In this document: piece after piece, positions 50,999 to 61,900 of the stretch | Layout: each line of letters opens with the position of its first letter | Position numbering within the stretch: the first letter of the stretch is position 1 | Source: a bacterium | GTDB lineage: Bacteria > Patescibacteriota > Dojkabacteria > SC72 > WJKH01 | Direction: 5' to 3' | NCBI GenBank assembly: GCA_029547225.1 | Contig: JAKPPS010000028.1 | Coordinates: 12,405-76,404 of the forward strand | DNA length: 64,000 nt | Program-made: the position numbers and the translations under genes | The notes under the pieces: model-generated | The model's database searches: none | Told to the model about the DNA's origin: nothing | The model's input: only the letters and a program-made list of their open reading frames with translations

Positions 50999-51295
50999 GA
51001 ATAAACCATTTCTTTATAGAACATGATTCATATATTCGGATTCAAAAGCGTATACTTATTCAGAAAGTTTACATAATACTCAATCGGGCTCAATATTGAC
51101 CACCAATCCAATTTCGTGATAACGTCAGTTAGAGTCGATGTCTATAAATGTAACGAATAGGAACAGCGGGAGACCCAACTAAGCGGTGGTCACCCCGATT
51201 TTGCGACGCAAAATTTGAGATTTAATAATGAAAAATATTTCCAATAATCTATCTTCTATCTGAGCACCAATATAAAGATTAACTGGGTTACTCGA

Positions 51296-53485
51296 TTACA
51301 TTATCTTCTTTCGATAAACTAGCTCAACACCACATAAACCGATCAAGCTAATAATTCCCATAGCTACACTACCTATAATTCCACCATTTGTATTTGGATT
51401 TGCTGGATCATAGTAAGCTAGTCCATACACTGAGAAACCGTCGGTATCAAATGTTATTGTATCGTTTGTAGGATCGTATACAGCATCAAGTTCTGTAATC
51501 TCACCATTGTGCTCACGGATGACTTTATATTGTGCATGATCTTGAAGTGAATCACCCAACTTTAGAGTGATGGATGAATCAGAATCTAATTCTGTAATTG
51601 TAGTCCTCCATGCGTCATCAGTAGAGCCTTTATATATTAATTCATTTAATGAAAGATCTAAATAAGACCCAATTTCATACTCACCAGCAGCTTCAACAAA
51701 ACCTGTTGTGTCAAATTCTGAAGCTTCATCGATTAATAATTCAGCATTACCGTTTATTTCTCCTTCAGGTAAAGTGATATTTGCTCCAGAAATCAAATCA
51801 GTTTCAAGATCAATAATATCTGGGTTCTCTTCGAAAATTGCGCTAATATGAATATGATTTGCAGGCATGATGAATGAGTAAGATGCTCTTCCAGCTTCAG
51901 GAAAAGTAGGATTTCCATTTATCCCTCCTGAAACATACTGATATCCGTAATTAGGAATTAACTCAATTGTAACTTCCGTACCTTCTTCGATACTGAAATC
52001 ATAAAAACCACCAGATACGAATTTATAACCATTTGCAGCTATAACATTTACTGTCCCGTTAACAACTCTGGAATCATCAGAATCGTCATAATTATAACCA
52101 AGTTGGTAAAGGGCTTTTGCAGTAGACTGAAGTAAAAAAGTACCCTCTCCAGATGTCATAATATATTTATCATCTGCATGTGTACCTTCAACACAATCGA
52201 CAATTATTGGATCGACATTTTCCGAGTCAGTTCCAGAAAATTCTACCCAAGTCCAATATCCGGCTTGTGGAATGAAGGTTCCAAGTCCTGTTGTATAAGA
52301 AAGATCAATAGAACCACCTGCAAGAACTAAAGCAGAAATAACGTTTTCGGTTGCAATACTGCTTGATGCTACTGTAAGAATTGCATTTTGAGTTGCACTG
52401 ATAAGCATGCCTTCGCCTTCAGCCGGTGTCGGGTTGTAGTAATAGAGAGCCTGATTAACACTATTAATTGTTAGATTACCAAATCTTAAAGCTACTTCAG
52501 AAGCTCCAATGCCAAATGGGGCAGGGTTTTCGGATGTACCAACGAAGACGTCTCCATCTCCTCCAAGAACATTACCTTCGGTAAAGATACCTCCTACAAA
52601 CTGTACATCTCCGATATCAGGGCCCATCCCAAACAATACGTCAACACTGCCATCGAAATTGACAGACAAATTATCTACGTTTTCTGAAACAGTTATATCA
52701 CCACCATTTGCATTTATACTTATCATTCCATCACCACTTCCAGTAATGTATGGAAATGTTGAAACTTGAGTCGCATCAATATTTATTTGATATCCTCCGT
52801 ACATACTGTACTCAATTGCCCATCCTTCACCTTCATAAGAGGTAACCTGAGGATCGGCAGTCTCATCGATTGTTATTAATCCATCAATAAATAATTGTAA
52901 CGGCTCGCCTGCAGGAGGTTCACCGCCACCTCCCGGTGCAGTAAAGGTATTACCTTCTACAATATATGTATCTTCACAATTTACTAAGAAACCTTGTGAA
53001 ACAGTTACAGTTATTGAATTTGAAGGCTCTCCGATTGTGAGTCTACCACCTGCTCCGATAGAAATAGCTGGGCTAGAAGAGTCTAATGCTGCTATTGTTA
53101 AACTTGATGAATCTCCTGTAATTGTTATGTCGCCTCCCATAGCAAGTAGTGCGGAACTGTCAGTCGTTGCAGTAAGAGTATTTGTACCAACTAATTGAAT
53201 ATCTAAATCACCGGATGAGGAAATCGATTCAAGATTTGTATCAGTTAATGTTAGGATTTTAGTATCTGTATTAAAAGTTACTCCACTAATACCATGTGCT
53301 TCGTTATATCCACCTCCGGTAGTGTAGATAGTTGTTCCATTGACATCTAGGCTTTGGATAGGAGCATCTAAAGCAAATGCTGTTTGAATCGGAATGAAAA
53401 TCATTATCAACATAAGTAGAATCGATGTAACAGATTTAGATCGTAATCTGCTTTTTATGTTACTTACAATCATAATTGAGGGCAT
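51296..53485 (-). CDS. Cell-surface protein with a sortase-B-type sorting signal
   Basis: Signal/TM N-terminus, G/S/T-rich beta-helix-like repeats, InlB-B-repeat-like module (PNYGYQYVSGG...ISAIFE). C-terminus is NPNTN-GG, then hydrophobic IIGSVAMGIISLIGLCGVELV, then the YRKKIM tail (51299-51400). Confidence 0.8.
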   Translation of the reverse strand: MPSIMIVSNIKSRLRSKSVTSILLMLIMIFIPIQTAFALDAPIQSLDVNGTTIYTTGGGYNEAHGISGVTFNTDTKILTLTDTNLESISSSGDLDIQLVGTNTLTATTDSSALLAMGGDITITGDSSSLTIAALDSSSPAISIGAGGRLTIGEPSNSITVTVSQGFLVNCEDTYIVEGNTFTAPGGGGEPPAGEPLQLFIDGLITIDETADPQVTSYEGEGWAIEYSMYGGYQINIDATQVSTFPYITGSGDGMISINANGGDITVSENVDNLSVNFDGSVDVLFGMGPDIGDVQFVGGIFTEGNVLGGDGDVFVGTSENPAPFGIGASEVALRFGNLTINSVNQALYYYNPTPAEGEGMLISATQNAILTVASSSIATENVISALVLAGGSIDLSYTTGLGTFIPQAGYWTWVEFSGTDSENVDPIIVDCVEGTHADDKYIMTSGEGTFLLQSTAKALYQLGYNYDDSDDSRVVNGTVNVIAANGYKFVSGGFYDFSIEEGTEVTIELIPNYGYQYVSGGINGNPTFPEAGRASYSFIMPANHIHISAIFEENPDIIDLETDLISGANITLPEGEINGNAELLIDEASEFDTTGFVEAAGEYEIGSYLDLSLNELIYKGSTDDAWRTTITELDSDSSITLKLGDSLQDHAQYKVIREHNGEITELDAVYDPTNDTITFDTDGFSVYGLAYYDPANPNTNGGIIGSVAMGIISLIGLCGVELVYRKKIM

Positions 53486-53528
53486 TAATAAATTATGTTA
53501 ACATACAGTATACTTGTTATTTTAAATA

Positions 53529-54341
53529 ATGCAACTAAAAAAAATGAAACTAAATCGTAAAATTTTAAAAATTCCATTAATTATCATATTTCTTATTATT
53601 CTAGGAGTCGCCGTATATAGAATATTTATTTGGCAAGACGACTCACAGAAAACTAAAAGTAAAATTGAAGAAATAATCAATGAAACCAAACCTGTAGATT
53701 TAGAATCAACAGACGAATCAACACTTGTGAATCCTCCTGAAGATCAAAATAGCCTTTATTGGAAATATGTAAATATGTCCATAATTGATGTTGACTTAGC
53801 AAAACTAAAGGAACAAAATTCAGAAACAAAAGGATGGATACAGGTACCAGGTACAAATATTAATTTCCCATTCGTACAACATAGTGATAACGAGTATTAT
53901 CTTTACCATTCATTTAATCAAGAGAAAAATATAGCAGGTTGGGTTTATTTAGATTCTCGGAATAGCATAAATCCTTTCGACAAAAACAATATTATTTATG
54001 CCCATCGCAGAGTTTTGTTTTATTCACTTACAAATATTTTTGATAGTGGCTGGCTGAATAATCCTGATAATCATGTTATAAAAATCTATACAGATTCCGG
54101 AAGTTCATTGTGGCAGGTTTTTTCTGTTTATCACACGGCAACAACGAGCGATTATCTTGTTACTGATTTTGCAAATGATCCAACTTATTCAAACTTTTTA
54201 AAGTATATTGAAGGTAAAAGTGCACATAATTTTAATGTCGAAGTTGATCAAAATGATAAGATACTAACTTTATCAACATGTTATACTGATACCGAAAAGG
54301 TAGTTCTGCATGCAAAATTAATCAAATACGTGGAGAATTAG
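53529..54341 (+). CDS. srtB: Class B sortase
   Basis: N-terminal TM, GWIQVPGTNINFPFVQ, catalytic His context IIYAHR, catalytic Cys LTLSTC. Divergent from the NPNTN substrate gene, 43 nt away. Confidence 0.8.
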   Translation: MQLKKMKLNRKILKIPLIIIFLIILGVAVYRIFIWQDDSQKTKSKIEEIINETKPVDLESTDESTLVNPPEDQNSLYWKYVNMSIIDVDLAKLKEQNSETKGWIQVPGTNINFPFVQHSDNEYYLYHSFNQEKNIAGWVYLDSRNSINPFDKNNIIYAHRRVLFYSLTNIFDSGWLNNPDNHVIKIYTDSGSSLWQVFSVYHTATTSDYLVTDFANDPTYSNFLKYIEGKSAHNFNVEVDQNDKILTLSTCYTDTEKVVLHAKLIKYVEN

Positions 54342-54401
54342 TAATAAAATATTTCTGCTTTTTGTTGAATAATAAAAAATATATTTAGAATTTTATAAAC
54401 A

Positions 54402-55541
54402 ATGAAATTAAAGGAAAAAATATTGCCTATTGCGGTTACTTTGGTAAACGGAAGTACATTCTGGGTTGCAATCATAACAGATTATTTTGTTGTAAAGGGA
54501 ATCCCACTTGAAACTGGGTTATTACTTATCAGTATGTATCAGATACTTAACATCATTTTCGAGTATCCAACTGGTGTGATAGGCGATAAAATAGGGCACA
54601 AATACTCTGTAATATTGGGAGGGATTTCTTTGATAATCGGATTTATTATACTAATCTTGGCAGAAGCGAATATATTTTTGTTCGGTCTATCTCTGGTTTT
54701 AGGAGCGTTGGGATTTAGCTTTATTTCTGGATCTGATATATCACTTATTGCAAGTAATGTGAAAGATATAAAAAGTACGAATTCGTTTTATAGTCAATCA
54801 GGATTGATAATGCAAATAATAATTATCATTTCTGGTACAGTGTTCTATTCTTTAAATCCGGATCTGCCATTTATATTAACTATCATCACAACACTTATTG
54901 GAGTAGTAACAGTCTTATTTTTCTCGAAAAATATTAAAACTAAAGATGAATCTTCGCCATTAAATTTCACTAAAAATGTTTTTAAAGAGTTTATAAGTAA
55001 AAAAGAATTATTACTTATCGTTTTATCTGCAGGTCTATTAGTAAGTACTTTCGGACCAATAAAATGGATAATAGGACCAATGCTTGGTGATATGAATATC
55101 GCTTCAGAATACTGGGGATTGCTATTTGCTTTACTATTTCTTGGCAGGTTTGTAGGAGCTAAAATTTCGAAAAAGGTTTCGATGAAACTTACTTTCCTTT
55201 TTGCGGTTTCAGTATTTGTATTTTTATTTCTGTCAGTAATATTCTTCAAGTCTCCTTTCAACTATGCATTCTTGGTCGTTTTTTCTATAGCATATGGAGT
55301 AGTAGAAACGAATTTTGGTTATTACTTGCTGAAAATTGTTAATCCCAATTATAAGTCTTCAATTATATCAATACGCTCAATGTTTTCTCGGCTGGTGTCC
55401 TCAATCTTGATCTTTCTCTTTACTATACCGATCCTCTCAGACACTTCTCAAGGTGGGCTATTGGTGCTTTCTATCTCGGCATTTTTAATGGTTACGCTTT
55501 TCTCAATATTCTATTTTCGGCATAGGGTGAGTATTGATTAG
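54402..55541 (+). CDS. MFS transporter
   Basis: 379 aa with ~11-12 hydrophobic helices and the YPTGVIGDKIGHK loop 2-3 motif. Confidence 0.8.
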   Translation: MKLKEKILPIAVTLVNGSTFWVAIITDYFVVKGIPLETGLLLISMYQILNIIFEYPTGVIGDKIGHKYSVILGGISLIIGFIILILAEANIFLFGLSLVLGALGFSFISGSDISLIASNVKDIKSTNSFYSQSGLIMQIIIIISGTVFYSLNPDLPFILTIITTLIGVVTVLFFSKNIKTKDESSPLNFTKNVFKEFISKKELLLIVLSAGLLVSTFGPIKWIIGPMLGDMNIASEYWGLLFALLFLGRFVGAKISKKVSMKLTFLFAVSVFVFLFLSVIFFKSPFNYAFLVVFSIAYGVVETNFGYYLLKIVNPNYKSSIISIRSMFSRLVSSILIFLFTIPILSDTSQGGLLVLSISAFLMVTLFSIFYFRHRVSID

Positions 55542-55685
55542 TAGGTTAACATATTTAACTACGATTATTGAATTGTGATATGATTTGACTAGTTGTAAAG
55601 AATCATATAATTACGAAATAAAAGATATTTGTATATTGTAGATTTTTAGAAAACGAAGTTTGAGATAACTTGTGTAATTAATACG

Positions 55686-56052
55686 ATGAAAATATATATT
55701 GGGCATTCTCGTGAGTATAACTATTTAGAAGATTTGTACATGCCACTAAAGACAAGCTTGTTATTTAAAAATCATGAAATAATTTTACCACATGACAAAA
55801 GAAATTTAATCAGCAAGGACATTATCAAAAAGTGTAATCTGTTTATTGCCGAAGTATCTTTTCCCTCAACAGGATTGGGTATTGAGCTGGGATGGGCAAA
55901 CATTTTTTAATACTCCCATTCTTTGTATTTATCGAAAAGGTACAACTATTTCTGGATCATTAAAATATTTATGTGATAATTTTATTGAGTATTCGGATAG
56001 TGTAGATATGATTGAAAAAATCTCTAATCACATAAGTTTTTTAGATGAATAA
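55686..56052 (+). pseudogene. 2'-deoxynucleoside 5'-phosphate N-hydrolase / nucleoside 2-deoxyribosyltransferase-like gene, frameshifted at a T6 run
   Basis: ORF 55686-55910 ends ...[23 protein letters not shown]. ORF 55846-56052 continues [12 protein letters not shown]... in the +1 frame. Removing one T from TTTTTT (55903-55908) joins them into a 121-aa protein. Confidence 0.7.
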
Positions 56053-56063
56053 GAGTTTTTGTT

Positions 56064-56771
56064 TTGCGGATAATGCAGTCAAAGTCTTCACTAAACAATT
56101 CAAAAAATGGTACACTAATAAACATGAAAAACTACTTTATAACATTTGAAGGAATAGATGGGTGTGGCAAAGACACACAGTTATTTAGGCTTGCAAAAGC
56201 AATAAAAGATAGAGCCATAAAAGGTATCGGCTCCAAGTATGATAATTTCTGGATAACCAGGGAACCGACGATGATAACTGAAGCGGGAAGGACAATCTCG
56301 CGTTTGATCAAGGGAGAATCGGTAACAAAGGAGGATGCTACAAAAGGATTTATTGGAGATAGGATAGAGCATTCGCAGATTATTAAACAACAGCTAACAC
56401 ATTCTCATGTACTATGTTCAAGATACGATTTCTCAACATTAACTTATCAGATGGTGCAGGGTATGGACTTCGAAACACTTTATAAAATGCACAAATATAA
56501 TCAGAAAAATGGCGCCCTTATCCCTGATATTACAATAATATTTGATTTACCTGCCGAAGTTGCTTTTCAGAGAATAAAGCAAAGAGGAGAGAAACTAGAA
56601 GTATTATACGAAAAAATCGATTTTTTATCCAAGATAGTGGATTGCCAGAATGAGTGTATCGAAAAATTGAAAAAATCAGGGCGAACTATAGTTCTAGTTG
56701 ATGCAACTTTGCCAATCGATGGTGTTACAGAAGATATGATTACGAAGATTAACAATATTGTTGCCAAGTAA
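56064..56771 (+). CDS. tmk: Thymidylate (dTMP) kinase family protein; likely start is Met21 at 56124
   Basis: P-loop FITFEGIDGCGKDTQ, TREP, and DRY-like CSRYDFSTLTYQ. Confidence 0.8.
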   Translation: MRIMQSKSSLNNSKNGTLINMKNYFITFEGIDGCGKDTQLFRLAKAIKDRAIKGIGSKYDNFWITREPTMITEAGRTISRLIKGESVTKEDATKGFIGDRIEHSQIIKQQLTHSHVLCSRYDFSTLTYQMVQGMDFETLYKMHKYNQKNGALIPDITIIFDLPAEVAFQRIKQRGEKLEVLYEKIDFLSKIVDCQNECIEKLKKSGRTIVLVDATLPIDGVTEDMITKINNIVAK

Positions 56772-56883
56772 TACTTGAATCTATTAGTGTAAAAGAAACT
56801 GAGTTAACCAAGTTAATCAATGAAATCTTGGTGATCCAATTATTTAAGATTCAAAGCATGATGGTTGGATTCAGATTCGTTGA

Positions 56884-58788
56884 CTATTCTGTAGTTTCGA
56901 GCATAGAAGAATTGTTATTATATCCGTTTGCTTGTAGGTTAAATGATTTCGCATAAAGGCCATTGAGTGATAATAACTCTTCGTGTGTACCATTTTCAGC
57001 AATTTTACCTTCGTCAATAGCAATAATTTTATCAGCATTTCTTACAGTGCTAAATCTGTGAGATATAATTATAACAGTCTTGTTTTCAAAGAAACCATAG
57101 ATTTTATTAAAAATTTTGTATTCAGATATTGCATCAATAGCCGATGTAGGTTCGTCAAAGATTGCGAGTGGGGCGTTACGATAAAAGAATCGAGCTATAG
57201 CAATTTTCTGTTTTTGTCCTGTACTTGGTCTGATACCACCGGTGTATTTTTCACTTAGAATCTGATCATATCCGTTGGTAAAGTTTGATATAAATTCATG
57301 TGCATCTGCATTTTTTGCAGCTTCTATTATTTTTTCTTCATCCATCTCTTTTACAGATTTTCCTAAATATATATTCTCCTTTGCTGTGAGATTATCATAG
57401 AAATTATATTCCTGGAAAAGGATTCCGAGATTCTTGTAATAGTCATCAATATTGAGTTTCTCTATATCGATACCGTCGATTAATATTTTACCTTTTGTAG
57501 GGTGGTATGTTTTTGCAATTAATTTGATTAAAGTTGATTTACCAGCACCATTTTTACCAACAAAAGCGACTTTTTCCCCTTGATTAATTTTTAGACTAAA
57601 GTCTTTTATTACGTATTTATCACTTTTTGGGTATTTGAACCATACATTTTTAAATTCTACTGATGGTGGATGATCGAGTCTAGGTAATTTAATGTTACCA
57701 TTGTTTTCTGAAGGTTCAAGATTAAGCAATTGGAATAGATCTAGAACTTTAATAGTAATTTCATTAGTAAATGATAAAGATTCAATAATACTGCCTAATG
57801 AAGATTGTAACTGATCTATTGAACTTTTCTGGAAGTTAAAATCACCAATAGAAATGTATCCTTGAATTGTATTCCAGATAATATATAGGAACGATAATGT
57901 ATCAATAATTGAGTCGCCTGTGTCGAGGAAGAAACTAGTTAAATTTCTCCCATAAGATATTTTTAATATTCCTTTATTGAATTTGTTGTAAAATTTCTGG
58001 ATTTTTGAATCAAGAAAGCTGTACGAGCCAATAATACTGATTTCTTGAAGCGTTGCTGGATTTTGTAGAAAATCAATTGATTTATTGGCTTTTCTTCTAT
58101 CTTCTGTATTATCAACCGACCAATCAAATTCTTTTTTTATGTAATGTTTATCAGGGAAATATTTTATGATTGTAAAGATGATTTGAATAGGTATGATTAT
58201 GGGCAAAAACTTTAAGATTATTACTGAATAGATAATTGATTTAACAATCTGAGCTAATAGATTCAAAGCTTCTTGTAAAAGATAAAATGTGTCATATGCC
58301 CATTCCGTACTCCTCTTGATAAGATTTACAATTTCTGGGTCTTCAAGTTGTTCAATTCTTAGAGTTTTTATTTTTTTATAGATTATTCTGTCTAAATAAC
58401 TTCTGCTTATTTGCCTTAACGATCGGCTTGAATGGATTTTTACTGCTCCTAATAAACTATATCCGAATATGAAATATAGAAGTAAATAGATTAGATATTT
58501 AATGATATTTGTTAAGTCAGTGCTATTGTTCTGAATTAAGAACATTATTTCGTCAAGAATCTTTGAGCTAACAATAATAAAGAAAAGATATCGTATATTA
58601 ATCAATATTGAAGAAACAACAAGTAGAGAGGACAATAGGGGAGAAATTTGAAAATATATCTTAAATGTTTGAGCTATGACTAAGAATGTACCCTTAATTC
58701 CGACCTTTTTTATTTCGGCCTTTTCTTCAGGTAGATTTGTAGTATTATTGTTTTTTTTCTTAAAGATATTTTTAATATTCATAAACAT
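56884..58788 (-). CDS. ABC exporter, fused permease-ATPase (MsbA/MdlB type)
   Basis: Six-helix TMD, then GKNGAGKSTLIK, signature STGQKQKIAIAR and Walker B AIFDEPTSAID. Confidence 0.9.
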   Translation of the reverse strand: MFMNIKNIFKKKNNNTTNLPEEKAEIKKVGIKGTFLVIAQTFKIYFQISPLLSSLLVVSSILINIRYLFFIIVSSKILDEIMFLIQNNSTDLTNIIKYLIYLLLYFIFGYSLLGAVKIHSSRSLRQISRSYLDRIIYKKIKTLRIEQLEDPEIVNLIKRSTEWAYDTFYLLQEALNLLAQIVKSIIYSVIILKFLPIIIPIQIIFTIIKYFPDKHYIKKEFDWSVDNTEDRRKANKSIDFLQNPATLQEISIIGSYSFLDSKIQKFYNKFNKGILKISYGRNLTSFFLDTGDSIIDTLSFLYIIWNTIQGYISIGDFNFQKSSIDQLQSSLGSIIESLSFTNEITIKVLDLFQLLNLEPSENNGNIKLPRLDHPPSVEFKNVWFKYPKSDKYVIKDFSLKINQGEKVAFVGKNGAGKSTLIKLIAKTYHPTKGKILIDGIDIEKLNIDDYYKNLGILFQEYNFYDNLTAKENIYLGKSVKEMDEEKIIEAAKNADAHEFISNFTNGYDQILSEKYTGGIRPSTGQKQKIAIARFFYRNAPLAIFDEPTSAIDAISEYKIFNKIYGFFENKTVIIISHRFSTVRNADKIIAIDEGKIAENGTHEELLSLNGLYAKSFNLQANGYNNNSSMLETTE

Positions 58789-58920
58789 CTAATTTACACT
58801 TTTGAATAATATAATCTCTCATTATACTCTATAGGGTTAGAATTATCAACAAAAATTGTTATAGTATATGTTGCGTTAAAGCTAATATTTGTTTTGGCTT
58901 GTATTTAGAAAACGATTGAG

Positions 58921-61900
58921 TTACAAATTTGAATAATTAGACGCAGAATCCTTCAAAAACTCCCCAGTAGCACTATTCTTTGTATTAATTACATCTTGCA
59001 GAGAACCTTGGACGATTATTTGACCACCATTTTTGCCACCCTCTGGTCCTAGATCGATGATCCAATCAGCAATCTTGATAACATCTAAATTGTGTTCTAC
59101 AACGATAATGGTATTTCCTTTATTAACCAAGCGTCGTAAAACGGTCAGTAGTCTATCAACATCGTAAAAGTGAAGTCCAGTTGTTGGCTCATCAAGAATG
59201 TATAAAGTATGCCCCTTAGTGTTCTTTGAAAGTTCTTTTGCTAGCTTAATCCTTTGAGATTCACCTCCAGAAAGTGTAGTAGCTGGTTGGCCAAGTTTAA
59301 TATAGTCTAAACCGACTTGCTCAAGCAGCTCCAATTTGTTTCGGATATTTGTGAAGTTCTTGAAAAATTCCTTTGCTTCGCTCACAGTCATATCTAATAC
59401 TTCTGATATATTTTTACCTTTGTAGTCGATCTGAAGTGCATCAGCGTTATATCTTTTTCCATGACATGCGTCGCAAGTTACATACATATCAGGAAGGAAT
59501 TGCATTTCTATCTTTAATTGCCCTTCACCGTGGCACGTTTCGCAACGGCCACCTTTAACATTAAAACTAAATCTTCCTGCGTTATATCCTCTTGCTTTTG
59601 CTTCTGGTGTGGATGCGTAAATATCTCGGATGAAGTTAAAAATACCCGTATAAGTTACTGGATTTGAACGAGGTGTCCTGCCGATAGGTGATTGATCAAT
59701 ACTGATTACTGAGCGGATATTATCCATGCCCTCGAGACTTTGGTATTCTCCTTCAGGTAAAGGAAGGTTGTTTATTTTTCTTTCCTTGATAAGTCGATTT
59801 ATAATTGCAGGGTATAGTGTATCGTTAATCAGAGAGGATTTGCCACTTCCGGAAACACCTGTTACACAGATGAATTTCCCTAATGGAAAAGAGGCATTTA
59901 TCGACTTAAGATTATGGGTTGTGACACCACTTATAGATATCATCTCATCAGAATCGGTAAATGTATCCCTGATAGGCAAGCTAAGAGCTTCGTCGCCCAC
60001 GATAAGAGATCCATTTAAGTATTTGGCAGTCAACGAGCCGCCTTGCTTGATCGACTCCATAGTTCCCTCTGCGACTATCTTCCCGCCATGTGAACCGGCG
60101 AGAGGTCCTACATCGACTATCCAATCTGCGCTCTCCATAGTTTCTTTGTCATGTTCGACTACAACCAAGGTATTTCCTAAATCACGCAACCTAATAAGTG
60201 CTGTTATGAGTTTAGAAATATCCTTCGGGTGAAGTCCGATTGATGGTTCATCAAGTACATAGAGGACTCCTGATAATCCTGTACCTATCTGTGATGCAAG
60301 TCTGATTCTTTGTGATTCCCCTCCGGATAGCGTGTTTGCTCTTCGGTCGAGAGATAGGTAATTAAGTCCAACATTGTTGAGAAATTGAAGTCTTGCAAGT
60401 ATTTCATTTAGTATTGTTTTACCAATCTCTTTCTTTACACCGCTCAATTGAATATTCTCAAGAAAGTCTTGGCATTCGTTGATTGGCATAGCAGTTAATT
60501 CGTTTATATTGATTGATTTGGTTGAGCTATTCTTAAAATTTTTGGAATTTTCATTAGACTTTTTTTCTATTGAAGTTATAAGAACGCTTAGGGCGTAGGG
60601 TTTTAATCTTTTACCTTCACAAAGTGAACAAGTCTGATCGATCATATATTTTTCCATATCTTGTCTGATAAAATCAGAATCTGTTTCAAGATATCTTCTT
60701 TCAAGTTGGGTAACGACTCCTTCAAAATGTGCATCATAAATCTTATTTTGTCCAAAACGATTACGATATTTTACTGTGTATTTGCTTTTTTTACCTTTTC
60801 CGTAAAAAATGAGGTCAAAAATCTCCTTTGAGTATTTTCCGATAGGAGTATCAAGGTCGAAATCATGTTCGAGTGCAACCTGTTCCAATAATTTTATTGA
60901 CCATGAATCAAGATTTGTTGTTACTCCTGACCAAGGGAAAATACCGCCTTCGTGAATAGTTAAATTCGGATTATAAATTCTCTCCACCTCAATCTGCTTA
61001 ATAAATCCCAGACCAGAACATTTTTCACACGCTCCTTGTGGTGCATTAAATGAGAATGAAGCAGGTGTTATCTCCGGAAATGAAATACCGCAGTTGTGAC
61101 AAGTATTTTTTTCTGCAAAAAAATGTTCCTTTTCTTCGATAAGTGCGATTATCTCACCATCTGACATTGATGAAGCGAGCTCGATCGCATCTCTAAGCCT
61201 TTTTGAGTAATCTCCGACATATTCTGTGTGTTTATTCTTACTAAACTCATTTAATTCGTTCTTTATTTTTTCATCTATAGATAATCTGTCGATAATAAGC
61301 TCAATGTTGTGTATTTCGTATTTTTTCAGATTAATTTTATCCGCCTCATCGAGACTGAACATTTCGCCATCAACTCGTACTCTTAAAAAACCTTTCCCTA
61401 ATAATCGTTCAAAAAGCTCTCTGTATTCACCCTTTTTGCTTCTTATCAAAGGAGATAATATCTGTAGCTTAATAGTGTTTTCTTTTGAGAAATCAAAATC
61501 TTTAAGAATATCGATAATCCTGTCAGTTATCTCATCAATAGTTTGAGATTGGACAAGTTGTCCGCATTTTGGACAGTGAGTTTCGCCAACTCGTGCAAAA
61601 AGCAATCTAAGGTAGTCGTAGATTTCTGTAATTGTCCCAACTGTAGATCTTGGATTGTTGCTTGAAGTTTTTTGATCGATTGATATAGCTGGGGATAGGC
61701 CAGTTATGCTTTCGACATCGGGTTTTTCCATGAGGCCAAGAAATTGTCTTGCGTATGATGAAAGGGACTCAACATATCTTCTTTGTCCTTCAGCGTAAAG
61801 TGTGTCAAAAGCAAGGGAAGATTTACCGCTTCCTGAGACTCCAGTAAATACGACCATCTTATTTTTTGGTATTTTGAGGGAAACATTTTTGAGGTTGTGA

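Larger units (their letters stand above)
45269..51198. mobile_element. Putative ~5.9 kb integrated element at tRNA-Pro (boundaries tentative)
   Basis: A large serine recombinase abuts the tRNA. A Rep-O-like gene and an ORF-free iteron/palindrome region follow. The 10-nt GTCACCCCGA occurs at 45269-45278 (tRNA 3' end) and at 51189-51198. The right copy is followed by the trailer hairpin TTTTGCGACGCAAAA. Confidence 0.45.

Noticed and set aside
59726-60232. Long antisense ORFs inside conserved genes: 59726-60232 in uvrA, 36892-37350 in nrdD, 12721-13149 in radA, 54845-55261 in the MFS gene, 31635-32027 in comEC, 17638-17997 in the M23 gene.
   Set aside because: They are shadow ORFs opposite or out of frame with genes whose frames are fixed by strong motifs, and their translations are low-complexity or Cys/Trp-rich nonsense.
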